From NCBI GenBank assembly GCA_963708075.1, contig OY970194.1, positions 6,240,001 to 6,304,000 of the forward strand: a stretch of DNA of 64,000 nt, read 5' to 3'. The notes under the pieces are model-generated. The model did no database searches. It was not told where the DNA came from and worked only from the letters and a program-made list of their open reading frames with translations. Shown here piece by piece: positions 40,345 through 48,359 of the stretch; the first letter of the stretch is position 1, and every line of letters begins with the position of its first letter. Source of the DNA: Sedimentisphaerales bacterium. GTDB taxonomy: Bacteria > Planctomycetota > Phycisphaerae > Sedimentisphaerales > Anaerobacaceae. Both the position numbers and the translations under genes were made by a program.

Positions 40345-41679
40345 ATGGCTAGTGAAGCACAAGTCACCGCCAACCGTCGTAATGCAGCGAAGTCCACCGG
40401 GCCCAGGACGAAGCAGGGCAAGGCCGTCGTCGCGGACAATGCGATCAAGCACGGCCTGCTCGCCCGGCAGGATGTCGTCCTGGGCGAAGACTTGCAGGAG
40501 TTCGAGCTCCGCCGCCGGCAATGGCTCGCGGAGCTGCAGCCGGTCGGGTATGCGGAAATCACGCTGGCTGAGCGCATCGCGGGCCTCGCCTGGCGGCTCA
40601 AGCGAGCCGAACGCCTGCAGAACGAGGCCTTCGACTCCCTGCTGGCCAGGGAACTCGCCGAGTCGATGGCGGACTTCGACGACGAGCTGTCGCCTGAGGA
40701 CGAGCGGGAGCTGATGAGCGATCCGAGTGCCGATCCCCGCCTGGCGGTCGGCCGGATGGTCGCCGGGGATTTCCACTGTCACAGGGCCCTGGAGCGGCTG
40801 ATGATGTTCGAGCGGCGGATCGAGAACAGCCTGTACAGGACCATGAAAGAGCTGCGACAGGTCCAGCGAGAGCGGAAGGCGGACGGTGAGCACAGTCCAG
40901 TCCTTGGACCCCCTGTGTCCCGGGTGGCGCCGCCGAACTCGTTGGCTTCGTCCCATTTCCTTGAGATGGGTCCGATGCAAGCCACCCAGAACTCAGGAAC
41001 TTGGGACGAACCCAACTCGTTTGACGGTGCTCATTCGAATGGTTCCGACCATCCGCAAGACCACGGGCAAACGGGTTTGCCCGTGCCACCCGGTGCAGGC
41101 AATTCTGTGAAACAAAGCCAATCCGGGGCGTCGCAGGCGGACCATTGCTTCGCGGAGACGCAAGATGTTGCATCTCTACAGCCTGACGATGCCGCCGGTT
41201 CTACCGCGAGTGATTGTGCGAAACAAAGCCAAATTCTGCCGGAAGCGCCGTGCGAAACAAAGCCAATGGAGTCGGAGGTTTCAAGTTTGAAGTGTGAAGT
41301 GTCAAGTGACGGCCCTGCCCTTCAGACTTCACACGGCACACATGACACTACCCGCCAGGTGCCTGACGATGCCGCCGGTTCTGCCGCGAGTGATTGTGCG
41401 AAACAAAGCCAAATTCTGCCGGAAGTGCCGTGCGAAACAAAGCCAATGGATTCCGGAGTTTCAAGTATGAAGTTTGAAGTGTCAAGCGGCGGCCCTGCAC
41501 TTCAGACTTCACACTGCACACTTGACACTACCCGAGAAACGCCTTGCGGCGTCACTACAAACGAGGACGGCGATGCGAAACAAAGCCAACGCCGCAAGCG
41601 TGTCGCCGGCGCCGGGGCCATGCCGCGGCCTCGGCCGCGAGTCGCATACCACTGCCACGACATAGCCCGCTCGTATTGA
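40345..41679 (+). CDS. Hypothetical protein with ANRRNAxKSTGPRT N-terminus and repeat-built C-terminal half
   Basis: GGAGG RBS; ANRRNAAKSTGPRT..GKA..NAIKHGL..WRLKRA..ERRIENSLYRTMKELR. Confidence 0.8.
   Translation: MASEAQVTANRRNAAKSTGPRTKQGKAVVADNAIKHGLLARQDVVLGEDLQEFELRRRQWLAELQPVGYAEITLAERIAGLAWRLKRAERLQNEAFDSLLARELAESMADFDDELSPEDERELMSDPSADPRLAVGRMVAGDFHCHRALERLMMFERRIENSLYRTMKELRQVQRERKADGEHSPVLGPPVSRVAPPNSLASSHFLEMGPMQATQNSGTWDEPNSFDGAHSNGSDHPQDHGQTGLPVPPGAGNSVKQSQSGASQADHCFAETQDVASLQPDDAAGSTASDCAKQSQILPEAPCETKPMESEVSSLKCEVSSDGPALQTSHGTHDTTRQVPDDAAGSAASDCAKQSQILPEVPCETKPMDSGVSSMKFEVSSGGPALQTSHCTLDTTRETPCGVTTNEDGDAKQSQRRKRVAGAGAMPRPRPRVAYHCHDIARSY
40944..41013. mobile_element. 70-bp MITE with 8-bp TSD, in frame within the 40345 ORF
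   Basis: GGCTTCGTCCCA / TGGGACGAACCC; AACTCGTT at 40936-40943 and 41014-41021; 70+8 = 78 bp. Confidence 0.85.
41181..41534 (+). repeat. Tandem duplication with 180-bp period
   Basis: gcctgacgatgccgccggttct starts at 41181 and 41361. Confidence 0.92.
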
Positions 41680-41722
41680 TCGCCGGCAAAGACCGGCAAC
41701 GCGGCTCGGCGTGCAGACTGCC

Positions 41723-41879
41723 CCTCTGAAAAAGCGCGGCGTTGATGTGTAGGGTGGGTTCTCAACCCACGCGTCAAGGAATGCTCCGCTCGAAGAACCG
41801 CGTGGGTCAAGGACCCACCCTACGAGGGGCCCAAGGCCATTTTCATCTTCTTGTGGTGTGCGGAAAGACGCATGAATGG
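41723..41879. mobile_element. ~157-bp composite element containing a GTAG REP doublet (41749-41823)
   Basis: Inverted copy of 30501-30655. Confidence 0.8.
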
Positions 41880-42039
41880 TTTCGCTTGGCCACGATCGCA
41901 AAACGTCGTGTTTGTGCAGCAGGCATTCTCTGCGGAAAGGGTGGACGCAGGTTTCCTCTGGTGGGAACGTGGGCGGGCGGGTATAAAGGTGGCCTTGTGG
42001 GCAGTGTGGCTATGGTGTCTGTGGGTAAGGAGAATCGCT

Positions 42040-42834
42040 ATGGCGAATCGGCGTTTGGCAGAGAATCGGAGCACGCGACGGGACTTCCTGAGAATGACGG
42101 CGGGGGCGGGGACATTGGGGGCGGCGGCTGCCCTGGCCGGGGCCGGGTGTTCGAGTATTACGGGGAGTTCCTTTCATTCGGCCTCCCGCGGCTTCATCGG
42201 CACGGGCGCCGTCATCCTGTTCCAGGGCGATTCTATCACCGACGTCGGCAGGGACAGGTTACGAGAGAAGATCCCCAATGATGCGAAGGCCCTGGGCACG
42301 GGCTATGCCTATCTCGCGGCGTCGCAATTGCTGGCCGACCGTCCCGTGGCCGGCCTGCGAATCTACAACCGCGGGATCAGCGGGCACAAGGTGTTCCAAC
42401 TGGCCGAGCGGTGGGACGCCGACTGCATCGCCCTCAAGCCCGACGTGGTGAGCATCCTCATCGGCGTCAACGATATCTGGCACCGGCTCAACGGCCAGTA
42501 CAACGGCACCGTCGAGGTCTATGAGGAGGACTATCGCCACCTCCTGGAGCGGACGCGGCAGACGCTGCCACAGGTGAAACTGGTGGTTTGTGAGCCGTTT
42601 GTGCTTCGTTGCGGGGCTGTCAACAGCAAATGGTTCCCCGATTTCGATGGGTATCGGGCCGCCGCCAGGAAGGTCGCGAAGAAATCTGACGCCGTGTTCG
42701 TTCCGTTCCAGTCGGTGTTCGATGAGGCGGCGCAAAAGGCTCCCCCTGCCTATTGGGCGGTGGATGGGGTCCATCCCACCATGGCCGGCGCGTACCTCAT
42801 GACCCGGACCTGGCTCAAGGCGGTTCTCGCGTGC
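42040..42834 (+). CDS. Tat-exported SGNH/GDSL hydrolase; expected stop missing, reads in frame into the next gene
   Basis: AAGGAG RBS, TRRDFL, FQGDSIT, NRGISG, GVND, DGVHP; end coordinate approximate. Confidence 0.85.
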
Positions 42835-42924
42835 CTGAAAATGGCGAAAAAGGTGGAACACGCGGCGGCTTTCTGGTATCCTGTAGGCAGGTACGAACGC
42901 CGAGATCTGGAAAGGGGTGAAACT

Positions 42925-43710
42925 ATGGGTAGAAGACGTGGGTTTACACTCATCGAGTTGCTCGTGGTCATTTCGATCATTTCCATCCTGATGGCCGTGC
43001 TCATGCCGGCGCTGAACCGGGTGAAGGACCAGGGGAGGTTGACGACCTGCCGCTCGAATCTCCGCAACTACGCCTTGATCGGGCGAATGTACTCGGATGA
43101 CAACGACTTCGAATTCCCGTATTCCTTTGGCTGGCTCTACGCTAAGGACAAGGGCAACGGGTGTGTGTGGCATGACAGGAGCAAGAATCTCGATCAGCAT
43201 CCGGAACTGGCCGGCGTGATGTGGTCGTATCTGAAAGGTCAGAAAATCAACCTTTGTCCGACATTCAGTACGGTCGCCCGACAGATGAGCTGCTACATGT
43301 GCAAGGGCGCCACGATTGGGATCGACCCGCAATATGGGTATACAATGAACAGCTATCTCAATGGCGATGCGTGGGGCGCGGTGCCGGACCAATATGAGCC
43401 CACGATCAAGGATCTCAAGCTCGAATCGCAGGTGAGGGAGCCGGCGCTGACGTTCTATTTTGGGGAGGAGAACACTTGGGCGATTCCGGGGATCAGTGGC
43501 GCCGGCATCAACGACAACAACCTTCGCTCGACCCCCAACGGGACGACGGACTGCTTCGCGACATTCCACAAGCCGCCCAGCGGCGACCTGAACAATGGCG
43601 TCAGCTTTGCGGCGTTTGTCGACGGGCATGTGGATTTCGTGACTCCGTATCCGAAGGGCAACACGTTCGTATTGAGCTGGCCCGGCAAAAAACCCGGCCC
43701 GACGTTCTGA
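42925..43710 (+). CDS. Prepilin-type N-terminal cleavage/methylation protein (H-X9-DG type)
   Basis: GFTLIELLVVISII..MPAL..CRSNLR..AFVDGHV; own RBS. Confidence 0.9.
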   Translation: MGRRRGFTLIELLVVISIISILMAVLMPALNRVKDQGRLTTCRSNLRNYALIGRMYSDDNDFEFPYSFGWLYAKDKGNGCVWHDRSKNLDQHPELAGVMWSYLKGQKINLCPTFSTVARQMSCYMCKGATIGIDPQYGYTMNSYLNGDAWGAVPDQYEPTIKDLKLESQVREPALTFYFGEENTWAIPGISGAGINDNNLRSTPNGTTDCFATFHKPPSGDLNNGVSFAAFVDGHVDFVTPYPKGNTFVLSWPGKKPGPTF

Positions 43711-43785
43711 GCCACTGACAAGGCGCTCGTGAGAATTCCACGGCATGAATGGTCCGGCGGAGGGGCCGCGGCTTGAGTCCTTGTG

Positions 43786-44841
43786 TCACTTCACCTCGGC
43801 GGATTTGCCGAGCACGTCCTGCACGTAGAGCATCTTGACCCAGACCATGATGACTGCCATCAGCGGTGTGGCGACCAGCGCGCCCAGCACGCCGAACAGC
43901 AGCCCGAGGGCGACAACCGCCAGAATCACCAGGGCCGGCGGCACTTCCACGGCCCTTTTTTGGATCAGAGGGATCAGCACGTGATTCTCGACCTGCTGCA
44001 CGATGACGTAGACGATGACCGCGTACAAAGCGGTCCTCCAATCCTGCGTCAAGGCGATGAGCACGCCGGGAATCGCTCCCATGATGGGGCCGATGAACGG
44101 GATGAACTCCAGTATGCCCGCGATCACGCCGAGCAGCAGGACCATCGGCACGCCCGCCAGCCACAGTCCCAGCGCCACCATGACGCCGACGGAGAGCATC
44201 GACACCCCCTGTCCCAGCAGCCAACGCTGCAGCGTCAGCGCGGTCGCGTCCAGCACTTCGGTAACGCGCTGGGACTTGCCCTTGGGCACCAGCGAAACGA
44301 TTCCCCGCCTGTAGGTGTCCGGATTGATGGCGAAGTAGATGGCGGTGAAGATGACGATGATGAAGTCGGCGACGACGGTGAAGGCGGCGGAGGCGATCCC
44401 CGTAAAGCGGGTGACCAGATGGAACCCCTGGCCTGCCGCCGATTCCGGAGGGGCCAGATGGCTGAGGATGTACTGTCCCCAGGGATACTGCTGCAGTCGT
44501 TCCTCGATTTGCTTCACGGAGTCCGGCAGGCTCTTGAGGAGCTGTGCCATCTGTGCGTTGATCGGGGGACCGGCGAACCAGACGAACAGACTGAGGGCGG
44601 CGATCAGTACGACGGCTACAGGAATCAGGGCCCATTCCGTGGGAATCCGCAGGTACCGGCCGAGCAGGCTGGCCATGCCGCGAAAAGCCGCGGCCAGAAG
44701 AACACCCACGAACGCCAGCAGAAGCGCCCCGGCGATCCGCCAGACCAGCAAAGCCAGCGCTACGACGGCGACCACTACCAACGCGTGGTACGTGAACATG
44801 CTGAATCCGCGATACTCTCTCTCCATATTTGTTGGTACCAT
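43786..44841 (-). CDS. AI-2E family transporter
   Basis: RWLLGQ..EFIPFIGP..QQVENHVLIPLIQ..GVLGALVATPL. Confidence 0.92.
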   Translation of the reverse strand: MVPTNMEREYRGFSMFTYHALVVVAVVALALLVWRIAGALLLAFVGVLLAAAFRGMASLLGRYLRIPTEWALIPVAVVLIAALSLFVWFAGPPINAQMAQLLKSLPDSVKQIEERLQQYPWGQYILSHLAPPESAAGQGFHLVTRFTGIASAAFTVVADFIIVIFTAIYFAINPDTYRRGIVSLVPKGKSQRVTEVLDATALTLQRWLLGQGVSMLSVGVMVALGLWLAGVPMVLLLGVIAGILEFIPFIGPIMGAIPGVLIALTQDWRTALYAVIVYVIVQQVENHVLIPLIQKRAVEVPPALVILAVVALGLLFGVLGALVATPLMAVIMVWVKMLYVQDVLGKSAEVK

Positions 44842-45121
44842 GAGTCGTCCCTCGCGAATTGATGACGTCCCTTCAATGTACCCTCGCGATGATGCCCTTC
44901 TGCCACCAGAGAACCCTGTCCATAGCTCAATTCCTTTGCCGCGCCCCTGGGGCCTCCTCACCGATCCGCCGATACACCAGAAACCCGAATTCCCCCAGAT
45001 CCTCAATCGGGTTTTCCCCCAATGGCCCGCTCTCCGATTCCCTACAACTATGGACAATGGCTCGCCGCAGGATGGACAGACGGAATGCACGCTATGACAC
45101 GAACATGGATTTCCTCCGCAA

Positions 45122-45194
<73 letters not shown>

Positions 45195-45467
45195 GAAACA
45201 TCCAACCGTCGCCGGTCGTTGGCTTCCGGCGACGATCGTCACCATACTAACACATCGGTCCGGGGGCTGGCAAGCAATTTTTCTGACATTTGGCGGCATT
45301 CTCCGCACTGCCGCATGTGCGGTCAAAGGGCTGAGGCACAGGAGTGCGAGGGGAGGAAAAGGATTGATACCTCTGCTGGAGGGGGTATCATTTGTGCGAT
45401 GTTGGCTCCGGATGCACGTAGAGTGGCTTCGGCCTGATCCCGGCGGCGTGTTGCTGGTGGGCCGGCG

Positions 45468-46295
45468 ATGATAATCCTGTTGAAGCGAGTGCAGGCAACC
45501 GTGTCTGGCGACGAATTCATATTACTGCTCTTCTCCGCCCTCGTGGCGGCCTATACCTGGTACCGGTGGTACACGGCCGCCTTTGTCAGGACGCTGGTTG
45601 CCCGTAATGCCAGCCGACTCATCTTTATTACCGGACCTATCGTCTGTCTTGTACTGCTGTACCTTGTTCTAAGGTGGTGGGCGGCCGATGATGTCCGCAA
45701 CAGCGAGACCTACCTGACGCTCTACATGCTGGCGGGCGCCGCCTGGGCGGGCCTCGGGGCGCACCTTCTCCGCTTCCTGGGCGTCAGCCCGCGAGACGAC
45801 GTGATCGAGCGTCAAAACCTGGCGGCCGCCTTTGCGACGGCCGGCGCGCTGGCGGGGATTACCTTCTGCTTCGCCGGGGGGAATATCGGGAATGGGCCCG
45901 GATGGTGGGTGGTGATCTTCAGTGCGGCTCTATCCACGGGCGCCTTCTTCCTGCTCTGGGGGGGGGTCGAGTGGCTCACAGGAATCAGCGAGTCGGTCAC
46001 GATAGAGCGGACCAGCGGCGCAGGTCTGCGGCTTGGCGGTTTCCTCGCCGGGGTGGGCATGATTCTGGGCAGGGCCGTAGCGGGTGACTGGGTTTCAGCC
46101 GACGCCACCATCCGGGATTTCGCGGTGGTCGCATGGCCTGTCCTGCCTTTCGCGGCAGCAGCGATCATCGTCGAGCGGCTCTGGCCCTTTGACATCAACG
46201 CCCGTACGGAGGACTCGGCGGCGGGATTGTTCATCGCGGCGGTCTATGTGGCCGTCTCCTTCCTCTACGTCTTCATCTCGCAGGGGCTGCCTTGA
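45468..46295 (+). CDS. Multi-TM membrane protein, DUF350-like
   Basis: DDVIERQNLAAA and ESVTIERTSGAGLRLGG internal repeats; operon with the ATP-grasp gene. Confidence 0.7.
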   Translation: MIILLKRVQATVSGDEFILLLFSALVAAYTWYRWYTAAFVRTLVARNASRLIFITGPIVCLVLLYLVLRWWAADDVRNSETYLTLYMLAGAAWAGLGAHLLRFLGVSPRDDVIERQNLAAAFATAGALAGITFCFAGGNIGNGPGWWVVIFSAALSTGAFFLLWGGVEWLTGISESVTIERTSGAGLRLGGFLAGVGMILGRAVAGDWVSADATIRDFAVVAWPVLPFAAAAIIVERLWPFDINARTEDSAAGLFIAAVYVAVSFLYVFISQGLP

Positions 46296-47569
46296 ACCCG
46301 CCCTGGACCATCCCGGAGCCGATCCCGCAAGCTCAGTTTCGCGATATCCGCCTGAGCATGATCTTCGATCACCACAAGTGGGACAGCCAATTTGAGGATA
46401 TCGAGAGCCTGGGTCGTCGCTGTCTGATCCTCGAGTGGGAAGCCTGGGAGGACTTGCGGGATCAATCGGAGCGGCTGTGGACGGAGGCTCTTGCCGCTGA
46501 AGAAGAGATCATGGGCCGGCCCGACCTGTGCAAAGAGCTTGGGCTGGGCCGCCAACTGTGCAAGGCGTGTACGCGGACTGCCGGACGAGTCCCCTCGAAA
46601 GGCATGGCTCGGATCATGCGATTCGATTTTCATTTCACGCCGGAGGGCTGGCGGATCTCGGAAGCCAACGCGGACGTGCCGGGCGGGTTCATTGAATCGA
46701 GCGCGTTTGCGGAGCTTGCCTGCGGGTGTTATGACGGGACGACCTGTGCGCCGGATGCCGCCGGGCAATACGCTATAGCGGTTGCATCATCGCTTGGCGC
46801 AGGCTCACGCGTCGCCTTCGTACACGCGACGGCATACACCGACGACCGGCAGGTGATGCTGTTCCTCGCGGAGAGATTCGCGGCTGAAGGGCTTGTGCCG
46901 ATACTGGTCAGCCCCACGGATTTGCTCTGGGTCAATGGCCGTGCCCAACTGGCCGGTGATGGTGGAGGGTTCGACGGGATCGTGCGTTTCTATCCGGCGG
47001 AGTGGCTGCCCAACATTCCGCGAAGGCATACGTGGGAGCGGTTCTTCCACGGCGGCGCCACACCGCAGAGCAATCCGGGATACTCCCTCATCGTCCAAAG
47101 CAAGAGATTCCCGCTGATCTGGGATCGGCTGAAGACGAACCTGTCGACCTGGAGGCGTCTGCTGCCCGAGACACGGGACCCGCGAGAGGCCGGCTGGCGC
47201 AACAGCGAAGAATGGGTGCTGAAGCCGGCCCTGGGGAGGGTTGGCGAATGGATCGGGATTCGTGGAGTCACGGCGGAAAAGGAATGGCGGCAGATCGCCG
47301 GGAACGCCGCAAGACACCCGCGATACTGGGCCGCGCAGAAACGCTTTGCGGCGGTTGCGGCCGACTGCGAAGGTGAAAACCTCTTTCCCTGCCTGGGCGT
47401 ATATGTTATCGATGGGAAGGCATGTGGAGTCTATGGGCGAGCGTCGTCCGTGCCATTGATCGACAGCCGGGCGCAGGATATTCCAATTCTCATTAGGCGA
47501 GGCAGGATGGATTCCGCAACCGATGCACACGCCGCCTCCACAGTGGCTTTCGGAGAACAACGAAGATGA
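46292..47569 (+). CDS. Glutathionylspermidine synthase-like ATP-grasp ligase
   Basis: RFDFH..ISEANADVPGGFIES, RFYPAEW, QSK, WVLKPALGRVG, GVYVIDG. Confidence 0.88.
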   Translation: MNPPWTIPEPIPQAQFRDIRLSMIFDHHKWDSQFEDIESLGRRCLILEWEAWEDLRDQSERLWTEALAAEEEIMGRPDLCKELGLGRQLCKACTRTAGRVPSKGMARIMRFDFHFTPEGWRISEANADVPGGFIESSAFAELACGCYDGTTCAPDAAGQYAIAVASSLGAGSRVAFVHATAYTDDRQVMLFLAERFAAEGLVPILVSPTDLLWVNGRAQLAGDGGGFDGIVRFYPAEWLPNIPRRHTWERFFHGGATPQSNPGYSLIVQSKRFPLIWDRLKTNLSTWRRLLPETRDPREAGWRNSEEWVLKPALGRVGEWIGIRGVTAEKEWRQIAGNAARHPRYWAAQKRFAAVAADCEGENLFPCLGVYVIDGKACGVYGRASSVPLIDSRAQDIPILIRRGRMDSATDAHAASTVAFGEQRR

Positions 47570-48354
47570 CGGGACGAGAGATCTATGAGGTCTGGGCGCC
47601 TGCCTCTGACGAGTGGTCGCCGTGGGTTAAGCCGGTGCTGTTCACCGAGATCGACGAGGTGATCACGGCGAGCATTTCCAACTGGCTGCCGGAAGAGTCC
47701 GGACTGCGGTGCAGCGTCGGAGCCCGGCGCGATACGGCGATCATCGTGGACCTGCCGGGGCCGCAATCCTTGCCGGCGGGGTTCGCTCTTGCCAAAGATG
47801 GGTACCGGCCGGTTCCGCTGTACAATACGACATCGGGAAGACGGCAACGCGTGCTGCCGGAGAAGTGCGTGCTGAGCGATGTCACTACCCTGGTGCGAAT
47901 GCTCGCCAGGCCGCTCCCGGATTATGTGCGAAACACGATCGTCGGGGACAATCCGCCGGCCTTCCTGCTCGACTCGCGCCGGCTCAGGGGCGAGCGCGGA
48001 CCGGCTCCCGGGATGTACGACAACCGGTGGATAGTCTTCCCACAGGATTTCCCGTCCGCCGCGTTTCTCAAATCCAGAGGAATCACGCAGGCCATCGTCA
48101 TCCAGGAGACTCTTCTGCCGGCGGAGGACCTCGCTCACGTCCTGCTTCGCTGGAAGGAGGGAGGCATCACGATCTATCTGCAGGATACAGGCGAAACCGC
48201 GTCGGTTCGCCTTGCCGATCTGCGTCGCCCGCCGCGGTTTCGCCGGGCGATCTATTGTGCCCTTGCCCTGATGGGCTTGCGAAGGAACAGTGCGGGGGGA
48301 TTTGGCTCCATCATTCCGGTTCCAGGACAGGGTGGTGGCGGTGGTTTCGGGTAA
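47566..48354 (+). CDS. Hypothetical protein with Gly-rich C-terminal tail
   Basis: ATGA overlap; ends RRNSAGGFGSIIPVPGQGGGGGFG. Confidence 0.8.
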   Translation: MTGREIYEVWAPASDEWSPWVKPVLFTEIDEVITASISNWLPEESGLRCSVGARRDTAIIVDLPGPQSLPAGFALAKDGYRPVPLYNTTSGRRQRVLPEKCVLSDVTTLVRMLARPLPDYVRNTIVGDNPPAFLLDSRRLRGERGPAPGMYDNRWIVFPQDFPSAAFLKSRGITQAIVIQETLLPAEDLAHVLLRWKEGGITIYLQDTGETASVRLADLRRPPRFRRAIYCALALMGLRRNSAGGFGSIIPVPGQGGGGGFG

Positions 48355-48359
48355 ACACG

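Noticed and set aside
41100..41600. Possible CRISPR array from the recurring GAAACAAAGCCAA motif
   Set aside because: The motif is only 13 bp, spacing is irregular, the intervening sequences are themselves duplicated, and no cas genes are present.
47709..48359. 985-aa HypF with a long N-terminal extension
   Set aside because: The extension overlaps the real 47566-48354 gene in another frame; HypF homology starts at about 48360.
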